Source of the DNA: an uncultured bacterium
GTDB taxonomy: Bacteria; Babelota; Babeliae; Babelales; Vermiphilaceae
Length of the DNA: 64,000 nucleotides
NCBI GenBank assembly: GCA_963701085.1
Contig: OY969561.1
Location: 256,001 to 320,000, forward strand
Reading direction: 5' to 3'
The notes under the pieces are model-generated. The model did no database searches. It saw nothing but the letters and a program-made list of their open reading frames with translations, and was not told where the DNA came from. Position numbers and translations under genes: made by a program. Positions 30,024-39,836 of this stretch are shown here, in pieces. Each line of letters starts with the position of its first letter. Positions within the stretch are counted from its first letter, which is position 1.

Positions 30024-31097
30024 TCATTGTAAAAATACTGATAATTCTAAAGAATGTTGAGGATTAAAATTTTTGTTGCAGGTGGGGCATGTATCAGCTA
30101 AATCAACGTTGCCGAGGGGGCAAGTTTTTATGATATGTTCAATTTCCTTGGCAGAATTATTTTTTTTGAGATCTATCATACGCGGACAGTTTGGGTTGTT
30201 TTTCATGAAATAACGTATGCAATAATTTTCAAAGCAGTCAGTATGAAATGTTTCGTAACATTGCTTGATGGTTATGATGACATTATTATATTCAAAATTT
30301 TTTTTGCACAACAAGCAATAGTTGTAATCTTTTACGTGAAAGCGTGGGGGGTTGCCTTTGCCAGAAAGTTCAATTGTTTGTATAAATTTTTTAAGTGGAT
30401 TATTACCGTAAATTAATTCAGAATTGCTTTCAAATGAATCTTTGTAGCACATTTTTTTTGTGTAATCTGCTCCAGCCATAACAAGATCCCAATAGCATTG
30501 GGCCTTGGCTCTCCCCGCAGCAGCTTGTAGTGCGGTGGAATTATCTCCAGAACATTCACGGCCGATATGCTCTTTATTGTTGTTAGTAAGTTCTAATAAC
30601 AGTGCTAGGCATTCTGTTGATCCTGCTTTTGCAGCCAGATAAAGAGGAGTGTTGCCTATTCCGGTTGTGTTTTCTTTGTAGCAACGTGCGTCGTACTTTA
30701 TAAGTTCTTTTAAGCACTGTGTTTCATTTTTCCACGCGGCACTATGCACTGGTGTACTACCATAACAATTGGTGATAGTAAGTTTTGCGCCACGTTTAAT
30801 GAGAATGGGAATGCAGTGAGCATGGCCAAACCAGGTTGCAATATGGAGTGGGGTGTCGTTGAAATCACATTCTGTTGAGTTAACATCGGCGCCGAAATCG
30901 AGTAAGAGATTTATTTTATCAATATCACCTTCTTTTGCTGCAAGATGCAGTGGTGCTGGTGTTGTGTTTTGTTTATAAATAGGTCTCTTTATTTTCATTG
31001 CGTGTAGACTAGACATGTGTAAGGATAACAAAAGTACGGTAGAGAATAGCGTGATGGAATATTGTGAGAATAACTTTATGAATGTCGTTATTATCAT
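30024..31097 (-). CDS. Secreted ankyrin repeat plus C-terminal RING-like protein
   Basis: PLHLAA/TPLHIA/TPLYLAA ankyrin repeats; CLLC..CYETFHTDC..CPTC. Confidence 0.85.
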   Translation of the reverse strand: MIITTFIKLFSQYSITLFSTVLLLSLHMSSLHAMKIKRPIYKQNTTPAPLHLAAKEGDIDKINLLLDFGADVNSTECDFNDTPLHIATWFGHAHCIPILIKRGAKLTITNCYGSTPVHSAAWKNETQCLKELIKYDARCYKENTTGIGNTPLYLAAKAGSTECLALLLELTNNNKEHIGRECSGDNSTALQAAAGRAKAQCYWDLVMAGADYTKKMCYKDSFESNSELIYGNNPLKKFIQTIELSGKGNPPRFHVKDYNYCLLCKKNFEYNNVIITIKQCYETFHTDCFENYCIRYFMKNNPNCPRMIDLKKNNSAKEIEHIIKTCPLGNVDLADTCPTCNKNFNPQHSLELSVFLQ

Positions 31098-31101
31098 GTT
31101 T

Positions 31102-31995
31102 TTATACTATGTTTTGGATTTGTTCACGCATTTTTTCAATTTCTACTTTTACGTTGATTGCATGAGTGCTGATTGTTGAATCAGAGCACTTTGAGGTAAT
31201 AGTATTGATTTCACGTCCTAATTCTTGGAGGGTAAAATCAAGACGTTTACCTTTTTCAGCTTCTGGTGAACTGAGCGTTTTTATTAAATGATCAAGATGG
31301 CTGTTGAGGCGGGTAATTTCTTCATGAATATCAATTTTATCAAGCATGGAATAAAGACCGCTTTTTTGTGCATTGGCGATTAAATTTTCATCGGCGCCAA
31401 TTTCTTGCAATGTTCCATGGACTTTTTTCTTCCACTCTTCAACAAAAACATGAGCTCTTTCAGTAATTATTTTCATCTCTTTTTGGATAGCCGCTATGCG
31501 GTTATCCAGGTCAATGGCTAATGAGTTTCCTTCAGTAGCTCTATCGGTGATAACTTTTTCAATAAGTTCAGTTACTGCGGTGAGAATTTGTTGAGTTGAT
31601 GCTTCATCAAGTTGTTGTTCTTCTTTGGAAAAGATGTTAGGCAGGCGCAATATATTATCAAGTTTTATTTCATCAGTGAGTGCATATTTTATTTTAATGT
31701 TTTTCATGGCGGTCATATAGCCATCGATAATGGTCATTGCCGGTGTAATTGATCCTTCAAAAACATTAGGATTGCTTAAATACGCGGTAAAATAGATATG
31801 TCCTCGGCGCAATGTTTCTTTGAATTGCTTAACGAGTGTTGTTTCAAGATGAGATAATCCAAGGGGTAGTTTTACAGACGCTTCAAAAAAGCGTGAATTA
31901 AGTGATTTTAAATTGATTGAAATGCTGGAACGTTCCCCTGATGGCATTGTTACAACAAATGTTTTTGATGCAAATCCGGTCATGCTTGAAATCAT
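31102..31995 (-). CDS. yicC: YicC/YloC family endoribonuclease
   Basis: SMTGF, KSLNSRF, DIHEEITRL, GKRLDF..QELGREINT, EKMREQIQNI. Confidence 0.93.
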   Translation of the reverse strand: MISSMTGFASKTFVVTMPSGERSSISINLKSLNSRFFEASVKLPLGLSHLETTLVKQFKETLRRGHIYFTAYLSNPNVFEGSITPAMTIIDGYMTAMKNIKIKYALTDEIKLDNILRLPNIFSKEEQQLDEASTQQILTAVTELIEKVITDRATEGNSLAIDLDNRIAAIQKEMKIITERAHVFVEEWKKKVHGTLQEIGADENLIANAQKSGLYSMLDKIDIHEEITRLNSHLDHLIKTLSSPEAEKGKRLDFTLQELGREINTITSKCSDSTISTHAINVKVEIEKMREQIQNIV

Positions 31996-32038
31996 ATATT
32001 TTTTCACATACTTCTTTCGTAGTTTTGGAGTATTTTCT

Positions 32039-32180
32039 TCCGCTCGCCCTGAGTGTTTTTGCAAAGCAAAAATGTATCGAAGGGTTAAGCGGAAAACTAA
32101 TAATTACAAACCGTTGTTATATTGCACCCTTCGATACATTCTACTACGTTTCACTTCGTAGAACACTCAGGGCGAGCGGA
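32039..32180. repeat. Inverted doublet of A'-type palindromic element
   Basis: TCCGCTCGCCCTGAGTG..ATGTATCGAAGGG ... CCCTTCGATACAT..CACTCAGGGCGAGCGGA. Confidence 0.9.
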
Positions 32181-32218
32181 TTAAATAATCAAATTTTAAT
32201 TTTAGGTTAAGCGCTTAT

Positions 32219-32932
32219 TTAACCCAAATTCGTATATACGTTTTTTACGTCATCATGATCTTGTACTTCTGATAAAAATTCAAGAACCTTATCCGCTTTT
32301 GCTTCAGGTAATTCTACCGTGCTTTTTGCAACCCACTCAAGAGCGGAGCTTTCAATTTTTAAGCCTGCTTTTTCAAGAGCGTTTTTGACTGATTCAAGAG
32401 ATTTAATATCGCAATAGATTGTGATATTGTTTTCATCAATTTGAATGTCTTTAATATCGTAATCCATGAGCAGTTCAAGGAGTTCATCTTCAGTTTTTTT
32501 ACCAATAGCATTGATAGCGCCCAGTTTTTCAAACATCCAGCCAACTGTTCCTGATTCACCGAGTGTACCGCCATTTTCAGAAAAAAGACGACGGAATTCT
32601 GCAATGGTACGGTTTTTATTATCAGTGATTGCTTCCACCATAACGGCGATACCGTTTGGACCATATCCTTCATAGGTATATTCTTCGTAACATTGACCAG
32701 GAAGCTCACCGGTTCCTTTTTTGATTGCGCGCATTGCGTTTTCGATAGGCATGTTTGCTTCTCTGCCTTTTTCCATAAGAAGTCGCAATCGAGGATTCAT
32801 ATCAGGATTACCGCCACTTTCACGGGCCGCTATCGTAATTTCTTTAATAATTTTGGTATAAACTTTAGACTTTTTACTGTCTTCTTTGGCTTTTTTATGT
32901 TTAATATTAGCCCATTTACTATGACCTGCCAT
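32219..32932 (-). CDS. yebC: YebC/PmpR family protein
   Basis: MAGHSKWANIKHKK, YEGYGPNG, TDNKNRT. Confidence 0.96.
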   Translation of the reverse strand: MAGHSKWANIKHKKAKEDSKKSKVYTKIIKEITIAARESGGNPDMNPRLRLLMEKGREANMPIENAMRAIKKGTGELPGQCYEEYTYEGYGPNGIAVMVEAITDNKNRTIAEFRRLFSENGGTLGESGTVGWMFEKLGAINAIGKKTEDELLELLMDYDIKDIQIDENNITIYCDIKSLESVKNALEKAGLKIESSALEWVAKSTVELPEAKADKVLEFLSEVQDHDDVKNVYTNLG

Positions 32933-32999
32933 GGCTTTTGTGGCTCCCGATTTATTCTAGTGTAAGATATGATTTATTTTTATTTTAACGCTAATATTT

Positions 33000-34016
33000 T
33001 TATCTGTCTAATACGCTTGTTTGCCCCAAAAATCTTTTAATCAAATGCGGCAGCATTTGTTGAGGTATTTGTCTTCCGCGGGAGGTGCGCTCCAGGTATC
33101 CTTTGCGTAATAAATATGGCTCATATGCCATTTCAATAGTATCAGCATCTTCACCAACCAGTGATGCAAGCGTATCAAGGCCAACGGGGCCACCATTAAA
33201 ATTACAAACAATTTTTTGTAAAATCATGGTATCAACAGCAGTAAGGCCATCATTATCGATGCCTAAAAATGCAAGTGATTGTTCAACAAAATCTTTATCT
33301 ACGTGTGGGTTGTTGCGTACTTGTGCCAAATCTCGTACACGTCTAATGAGTTTTTTTGCAATACGTGGTGTTCCGCGTGAGCATGCACCAATCATCAGTG
33401 CAGCATCGGAAGAGATTGATAGATTCAGGAATTGCGCACTTTGTAAAACAATATCACGCAGTTCGTTATCATTATAAAAATCGAGCCGTTCAATAATACC
33501 AAAGCGGCTGCGCAGTGGTGCAGAAATGATACCACTTTTTGTTGTTGCGCCAACAAGCGTGAATGGGTGTATGGGCAAGCTCACTGATTTTGCTCCAGCT
33601 CCTTGACCAATGATCACGTCTATACGGTACTGTTCCATGGCGCTGTATAACACTTCTTCCACACTTGCAGGAAGGCGGTGAATTTCATCAATAAAAAAAA
33701 TATCACGTGGTTGCAGGCTGGAGAGCATGCCAACCAAATCTCCCGTGCGTTCTATCATGGGGCCGCTGCATAATTTAATGCCGACATTCATAACTTGTGC
33801 CATGATCATGGAAAGTGTTGTTTTACCAAGGCCTGGAGGGCCAAATAACAGTAAATGATCTAGTGGCTCATTTCGCATTTTTGCCGCTTGCGTGTAGATG
33901 GAAAGTTTTTCTTTGAGTTCTTTTTGTCCAATGTAATCATCAAATTTTTGGGGAGAAAAATCATGGGCACGTTCTTCTGGTGCTTGCCCTAAATCAAGAA
34001 CGAGTGGGGTTTTCAT
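33000..34016 (-). CDS. ruvB: Holliday junction branch migration ATPase
   Basis: DHLLLFGPPGLGKTT, FIDEIHRL, PLRSRFG, RGTPRIA, GGPVGL. Confidence 0.97.
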   Translation of the reverse strand: MKTPLVLDLGQAPEERAHDFSPQKFDDYIGQKELKEKLSIYTQAAKMRNEPLDHLLLFGPPGLGKTTLSMIMAQVMNVGIKLCSGPMIERTGDLVGMLSSLQPRDIFFIDEIHRLPASVEEVLYSAMEQYRIDVIIGQGAGAKSVSLPIHPFTLVGATTKSGIISAPLRSRFGIIERLDFYNDNELRDIVLQSAQFLNLSISSDAALMIGACSRGTPRIAKKLIRRVRDLAQVRNNPHVDKDFVEQSLAFLGIDNDGLTAVDTMILQKIVCNFNGGPVGLDTLASLVGEDADTIEMAYEPYLLRKGYLERTSRGRQIPQQMLPHLIKRFLGQTSVLDR

Positions 34017-34105
34017 GGTATTATCTTTTGATTACATTGTTTATTGACTTAATAGTAACATTTTTTTATACCAGTAAAGTATAAGTGATTTAATTAAGGA
34101 AAAAA

Positions 34106-34723
34106 ATGATTAAAAAAGAAATATATGAAACAATTACGCCAGAAAATGCTGTTCTTTTGGTAGTTGACCATCAAATAGGTTTATATACTGGTATAAAAGA
34201 TATATCCATTCTCGAGTTGAAGCATAATATTGTTGGATTGGTCAACGCTTCTAAACTTTTTCGTATTCCAATTATAGTTACCACAACAACAGAAAATGTG
34301 TGGGGACCAATTATTCCAGAATTACAAGAAGTGTTAAAGGAAATTACAATTATCCAACGAACCACCGTGAATGCTTGGCATGATCAACGAGTATATGAAG
34401 CTATCGAAAAAACAAATCGAAAAAAATTAATTATGACAGGAATAAGCACTGATGTATGTCTTGCTTTTCCGGCAATTAGCGCTGTGGCACGCGGGTATGA
34501 TGTTTATGCAGTTATTGATGCGTCGGGCGCATTTACTGTCAAACAAGGAGAACTTGGCGTAATGAGAATGGCGCAAGCTGGTGTTAAAGTTGTTGGTTAT
34601 TCAAATGTTATTGTCGAAATGCTTAATGATAATGCTCATCCTCTTGCCAGCAAAGTGTACAGTTATCTTGATATGCCATTTGCAAGTTTAGTACAGGGTT
34701 TACATAACTATTTTTCAAAATAA
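34106..34723 (+). CDS. Isochorismatase / YcaC-like cysteine hydrolase
   Basis: LLVVDHQIGL, RTTVNAW, GISTDVCLAFP. Confidence 0.9.
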   Translation: MIKKEIYETITPENAVLLVVDHQIGLYTGIKDISILELKHNIVGLVNASKLFRIPIIVTTTTENVWGPIIPELQEVLKEITIIQRTTVNAWHDQRVYEAIEKTNRKKLIMTGISTDVCLAFPAISAVARGYDVYAVIDASGAFTVKQGELGVMRMAQAGVKVVGYSNVIVEMLNDNAHPLASKVYSYLDMPFASLVQGLHNYFSK

Positions 34724-34752
34724 TAGGGTAATATTTAGGTACATTTCCTTTT

Positions 34753-36174
34753 TTAAAAAAATCTTCGGGACAGTGGGTGGTAGGGATTTTGTAGTTTTTG
34801 TTCGGCATTAGACAATTCTCTTTGAAGGGAATCCCTTCTGTATTTGAGATCCTGAAGTTCCGATTGTGATTGCCAGTACATAGAAGGACAAGTGCTATAG
34901 GAATAAGTATAATAACTGTAACTTCGTATGCGCTGTTCAGCATAGTCTAATTCATTTTGGAGATGAGTTATTTCTCGTTCGCGTTGTTGTTGTTCTTGTA
35001 GTCTCAATGACGCTTGTTTTGATAAAATTTTTTGTTTTTCGGCATAACGATTAGGCCATAGTATCCTTAGGATATCGTTATCTTCTTTTATATAATCTTC
35101 CCCTCGCAACTCTCTTGTTGTTTTACCGCCGTGACATTGTACTATTTGAGCGAAAGCTTTAATATTTTCTGTATTTTTATTTTCCAAAATCATTGCACTA
35201 AGATATGTGTTGCATGCGCGTTGGTCATCTGTTGTTGAATTAGATGATGACCATTGTTGAGGGATCATATTGAGTATAAATCTGTTTTGATCTACTAAGG
35301 TTTCAAAAGCTTTTATTTTTCCCATTTTCAGAGCACAATCGAAAAACATGGTATAAGTTGCTGGAAATTCTTGATTGATTATTGGGGATTTGCTGTTTTT
35401 GATATTACAAAGCATGGTGATGATTTTTAAATTCTCATGATTAATTGCGATAATTAAAGCATGATCAAGTTCACCTTCAATAAAATTTTTATCAGAATTA
35501 GTAATGGAGGCAGTCATGGCATTGTCTTGTGCATAGCATGCTATTATGAGGGGTGTGGGCTCAATGTACACTTTATTGGCGTCAATATGTTGCGTAGTGC
35601 ATTTGTATTTGTTTAATACATTTTCTATGTTTTCTGTAGGAGTGATATGACGAAGATCAAAGTAATAGTTGCGTTTAAAATTATTGTTTATATAGCTATA
35701 TTCATAAATGAAGCTACGTTGTTGAGTGTTTTGTAATAGATTTTCTAGAATATCAGCTTTATTAAATAAACCAGCTTTGAGAATAAGTTTTGATATATCT
35801 TTTTCTTGTATGTATAACGGATTGTGACAAGAAACATTCCATACATGAGGAGATTGTATACTGCCTTTTTGATTAAAAAAAGTACATGTTTTTTGTAATT
35901 GATTTTTATGGTGAGGTGGCATTAGAGCAAAAATTTTTAATTGTAAATCATTTGGGAGCTGAGAAAAGTTAAAAGGGCTATTTTCTAAAAGTAGCTGTGA
36001 TGTATTGTTTAATTTATGTAACAAATCCATTTCTAAGAGCGTATTATGTCTTCTTTTTATGTATGACTTGAGGTGCTCTTTGTTTAATGTATGTGGCATG
36101 AGCATGCATAGTGCGGGTTGTATGGATAAGAATGTAAGGGATAGAAGTGTTATTTTGAGGAAAAAACGATACAT
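34753..36174 (-). CDS. Secreted F-box plus degenerate ankyrin plus coiled-coil protein
   Basis: FSQLPNDLQLKIFALM..LQKTC F-box; TPLIIAC and ALIIAI ankyrin-like; Q/E/R-rich C-terminus. Confidence 0.8.
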   Translation of the reverse strand: MYRFFLKITLLSLTFLSIQPALCMLMPHTLNKEHLKSYIKRRHNTLLEMDLLHKLNNTSQLLLENSPFNFSQLPNDLQLKIFALMPPHHKNQLQKTCTFFNQKGSIQSPHVWNVSCHNPLYIQEKDISKLILKAGLFNKADILENLLQNTQQRSFIYEYSYINNNFKRNYYFDLRHITPTENIENVLNKYKCTTQHIDANKVYIEPTPLIIACYAQDNAMTASITNSDKNFIEGELDHALIIAINHENLKIITMLCNIKNSKSPIINQEFPATYTMFFDCALKMGKIKAFETLVDQNRFILNMIPQQWSSSNSTTDDQRACNTYLSAMILENKNTENIKAFAQIVQCHGGKTTRELRGEDYIKEDNDILRILWPNRYAEKQKILSKQASLRLQEQQQREREITHLQNELDYAEQRIRSYSYYTYSYSTCPSMYWQSQSELQDLKYRRDSLQRELSNAEQKLQNPYHPLSRRFF

Positions 36175-36269
36175 AATGAAGCACTCTAAGTTGTTGGGTC
36201 CAATTAAGCAATAAAATTCTTTTCTTTATGTTTAAATTATATTATTTGTAAAAAATCTCAACAAATAGT

Positions 36270-37349
36270 TTATCTGCAGCGTATCATAATATTCTGAAAT
36301 CCCCCAAGACATGCAATAGTTATCCATAAATTGCTCAACCCATAACTCATGAGGGGCAGTGGTATACCAACAATGGGCATAATACCTAACACCATGCCAA
36401 TATTGATGATCGTTGCCAAAAGGATATGTAATAATAGGCCGCTTGCAAAAAGTTGGGCATATACATCTTTTAGTGTTCTGATGAGTAAAAATGATCGGAA
36501 AAACAGAAGTAAATAGCAACATAAAATTGCTATGGCGCCGAGTAAGCCGAGCTCTTCACATAAAACTGCAAAAATAAAATCAGTTCTACTTTCTGGCAAG
36601 AAACGGAGTCTGTTTTGTGTTCCATTAAATAGTCCTTTACCAAACAATCCGCCAGAACCAATTGCAATGCTTGCTTGTTCAATTTGATACCCTTCTTTTT
36701 TGTGGTCCCCTTCGCCGAGAAAAACAATAATGCGGTTTTTTTGATAATCTCGCAGCACAAATGACCATATCATGGGAGTCATAATGAATGCTGCTAGGAG
36801 GCCATATAAAAAGAACTTGCGGTTCAGTCCCGCAAGCCAGCAGAGAATGAGACCAGAAAGAAGAATGATAAGAGCAGTGCCAAGATCAGGTTGTTTGAGA
36901 ATAAGAATAAAACTAATACCCAGCATGGATAATATGGGGATAAAGGTGCCAAAAGAATGAATGACGGTTTTTTTTTGCATGTGTAAACAGTTGATCATAT
37001 AAGCGGGGAATAAAAATTTTGCTAATTCAGATGGTTGAAGTTTAAAAAAAAGTAAATTTATCCAGCGCTTTGCTCCCATGCCAATGCTTCCTTTGATAAG
37101 CGTAAATATGAGTAGCGCAATAACGCCAAAATATGCAACATAGCCCCAGCGCATAAAGTTGCGATAATCAGGAATTAAACAGAGAAAATAGATAATAATG
37201 CCGCCGCATATGCCCATGAATTGTTTAATAAAAAAAGGAGAAAGTGGTTTTTCTGGGCTGTATGTTGCACTAAAAACAAAGAGCAATCCACATGCGGAAA
37301 GTAGTAGCATGAGGATAAATGTTATAAAGTCAAAAGAGCGCGATTTCAA
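36270..37349 (-). CDS. rodA: Rod shape-determining protein RodA (SEDS family)
   Basis: GAKRWI, QPSELAK, QPDLGT, GYQ..IGSGG, LPESRTDFIF, PLPLMSYG; start uncertain (see finding). Confidence 0.93.
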   Translation of the reverse strand: MKSRSFDFITFILMLLLSACGLLFVFSATYSPEKPLSPFFIKQFMGICGGIIIYFLCLIPDYRNFMRWGYVAYFGVIALLIFTLIKGSIGMGAKRWINLLFFKLQPSELAKFLFPAYMINCLHMQKKTVIHSFGTFIPILSMLGISFILILKQPDLGTALIILLSGLILCWLAGLNRKFFLYGLLAAFIMTPMIWSFVLRDYQKNRIIVFLGEGDHKKEGYQIEQASIAIGSGGLFGKGLFNGTQNRLRFLPESRTDFIFAVLCEELGLLGAIAILCCYLLLFFRSFLLIRTLKDVYAQLFASGLLLHILLATIINIGMVLGIMPIVGIPLPLMSYGLSNLWITIACLGGFQNIMIRCR

Positions 37350-37386
37350 ATTGGGGTCCCCTATCGAAAAAAATTAAAGATGGGGA
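37349..37386. repeat. Module B fragment at rodA 5' end
   Basis: AATTGGGGTCCCCTATCGAAAAAAATTAAAGATGGGGA resembles GGGGTCCCCATCGAAAGAATGAAGATGGGG. Confidence 0.75.
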
Positions 37387-37446
37387 AAGCATATCATGAT
37401 TAAGAAATATTTTTGATATAATATGTTTTTAGTACTATTTTCGGGC

Positions 37447-37986
37447 TTATTGTATCCAAATTATTTTTTCTGCGACTATTCTATTCATACGATCAATGAT
37501 ATTTTCTGAACATTTTTTAATGGACATTATAACATCCTTGGCATTTTTTTTGTTGCTCAGTGTCATGTTAATAGTGCTGAGCTTGTTTGTAGCATCTTGT
37601 AAGGCCTTTTTTATAGAGGCTAACTGTTGTTCTTGTTTTTGTAAGCCTGCGATTGTTGAAGATCCGCGAATAATTTTTATTGTGTTAATTAAATCCATGT
37701 TTGTTTTTTCAATGCCATTCATAGCATTTATTATATCAGAATCCTTCATGCCAACTAAGTTTTTACTATTATCAATTACAAACGCTTTCGCTGCTGAAAA
37801 CGCCTCTGTCCATACACCATCCAGTAGACTAATGGGCAATGTTGAAGCCATCTCTGCTGTATTAATCATTACAAGTGAATTTTGAGCGATTGTAAGCTTG
37901 TTGAGTATGTCTTGCTTGGTTACTGCATGTAGGCTTGATGCCGCTATCAATAATAGTGTGCCGAGTGCGATATATTGTTTTTTCAT
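37447..37986 (-). CDS. Secreted helical protein, tandem paralog 3 of 3
   Basis: MKKQY signal; FVIDNSKNLVGxKD and TLSNKKNAK motifs shared by all three. Confidence 0.8.
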   Translation of the reverse strand: MKKQYIALGTLLLIAASSLHAVTKQDILNKLTIAQNSLVMINTAEMASTLPISLLDGVWTEAFSAAKAFVIDNSKNLVGMKDSDIINAMNGIEKTNMDLINTIKIIRGSSTIAGLQKQEQQLASIKKALQDATNKLSTINMTLSNKKNAKDVIMSIKKCSENIIDRMNRIVAEKIIWIQ

Positions 37987-38023
37987 AAGAAATCCCTTTT
38001 TTTGGTTTATTTTACCAGTTTTA

Positions 38024-38632
38024 TTATACATGCTTTTTTTTGTACAATGTTAAGTATTTTATTCTTTCTGATGGTATTCGTTCTATTTTTTCCGAGTATA
38101 TTCTCCTAATATGATTAATCATATGGTCTAAACATGTTTTAATGGTGTCTATAACAAGCTTGGCATTTTTTTTGTTGCTCAGTGTCACGCTAAGAGTGTT
38201 AAACTTATTTATAGCTTTTTGTAAATTATCTTTTATATTATTTAAATTATTTATTAGCTGGTTTAGATTTTCTATTGCCTTGCTTGCTGTTTGATCAGAG
38301 CCAGCGACTGCTTCATGTTGCTCCAATTCAAAAGAGTTTACCATAGCGACCAATTTGTCGTTTTCCTTTTGAATGTCATTCATAGCATTTATTATGTCAG
38401 AATCCTTTATGCCAACTAAGTTTTTGCTATTATCAATTACAAACGTTTTTGCTGCTAAAAATGCTTCTTTCCATTCTTGTAGATTACGGCCAAATTCTGG
38501 GCTTTTTTTGTTAATAATTGTATTTCTAGCGCGATCGAGGTTGGTGCGTATTGTTTCCATAGGCGCTGCTTGTAGTAGGCTCGATGCTGCCACCAACAAT
38601 AGTGAGCCGAGTATGATATATTGTTTCTTCAT
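38024..38632 (-). CDS. Secreted helical protein, tandem paralog 2 of 3
   Basis: Same shared motifs. Confidence 0.8.
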   Translation of the reverse strand: MKKQYIILGSLLLVAASSLLQAAPMETIRTNLDRARNTIINKKSPEFGRNLQEWKEAFLAAKTFVIDNSKNLVGIKDSDIINAMNDIQKENDKLVAMVNSFELEQHEAVAGSDQTASKAIENLNQLINNLNNIKDNLQKAINKFNTLSVTLSNKKNAKLVIDTIKTCLDHMINHIRRIYSEKIERIPSERIKYLTLYKKKHV

Positions 38633-38657
38633 GATATAATCCGGTACTATTTTGGGC

Positions 38658-39209
38658 TTATTTTACTAATTTTATTTTTTCTGAGAATATGTTACTAATA
38701 TGATCAATCATATGTTCTAAGCATGTTTTAATGGTAGTTGCAACAAGCTTGGCATTTTTTTTGTTGCTCAGTGTCACATTAACAGCGTCAAGCTTATTTG
38801 CATTTCTTTGTAAACTCTGTTTTGTACTATCTAAATCATTTATTAAGTTTTGTAAGGCTACTTTGTCTACAGGCTTACCAGTAATTTTTGATGTATCGAT
38901 CTTGTATTCAAAAGCGTCTACTGCAGTGAACAAAAGCACGTTTGCCATTTCAATTCCATTCATAGCACTTACTATGTCAGCATCCTTTATGCCAACTAAG
39001 TTTTTGCTATTATCAATTACAAACGTCCTTGCTGCTGAAAATGCTTTGTTCCATTCTTCTAGTTTATTCTTAAATTGCGCATCTTTTATAGCAATAATGT
39101 TATTCCTAGCGCGATCGAGGTTGGCGCGTATTGTTTCCATGGGCGCTGCATGTAGGCTCGATGCTGCCACCAATAATAATGTGCCGAGTGCGATACATTG
39201 CTTCTTCAT
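38658..39209 (-). CDS. Secreted helical protein, tandem paralog 1 of 3
   Basis: Same shared motifs. Confidence 0.8.
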   Translation of the reverse strand: MKKQCIALGTLLLVAASSLHAAPMETIRANLDRARNNIIAIKDAQFKNKLEEWNKAFSAARTFVIDNSKNLVGIKDADIVSAMNGIEMANVLLFTAVDAFEYKIDTSKITGKPVDKVALQNLINDLDSTKQSLQRNANKLDAVNVTLSNKKNAKLVATTIKTCLEHMIDHISNIFSEKIKLVK

Positions 39210-39415
39210 AAGAAATCCCTTTTTTTAAAAATGATTAATAAAATTGATACTAATTTCACATTAGCAATTTTATTAATTAAAAAGCAAGGATTTTTAATTA
39301 AATAATGGTAAAAAATGGCAATAATACCATGAGAAGGTATTTCTTAAGATAGAGCAGCAGTCTAGGTTTTTGGGTGAAAAGCCTTAAAAAAAGGTGTTTT
39401 TTTTGGGCGATAGCC

Positions 39416-39694
39416 TTATTTTTTAAATAGGGATTGGCTTAGGTTGTAGATTACTGCAATCAGCCAAAAAATGAGAAAACTCATGATGGTATGAGTTGCG
39501 ATACCCATGGCGATTGCTTGAGGGGTTACTTTAATAAAAGATTTAATAAGATCAAGTTTTGGCATCATATGTATTGTGCCAATGTATTTTAATGTTTGAG
39601 CGGGCCAGTATTTGAGTACTAATCCGAGTGCTGTATACCCTAGACCAACGGTTACACCAGCGGCAATTCCAAAACTACAAGCATTTATTTTCAT
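39416..39694 (-). CDS. Small two-TM membrane protein (DUF5676-like)
   Basis: MKINACSFGIAAG..FWLIAVIYN. Confidence 0.65.
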   Translation of the reverse strand: MKINACSFGIAAGVTVGLGYTALGLVLKYWPAQTLKYIGTIHMMPKLDLIKSFIKVTPQAIAMGIATHTIMSFLIFWLIAVIYNLSQSLFKK

Positions 39695-39770
39695 AATAGG
39701 CTCTCTTTTTTATGAGGGTGGCATTATTTTTACATTGATTTTAGAAAAAAGAGATATAAGAAAACAACAA

Positions 39771-39814
39771 AAAAACTCGCGCATACTTTTTTATTTTAGT
39801 ATACGCGAGTTTTT
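39771..39814. terminator. Terminator-like hairpin
   Basis: AAAAACTCGCG..CGCGAGTTTTT. Confidence 0.7.
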
Positions 39815-39836
39815 ATTATTAATTATTTTGATCGAA

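Noticed and set aside
31996-32064. N-terminal extension of the yicC ORF
   Set aside because: Begins inside the repeat; family-typical start is MISSMTGF at 31995
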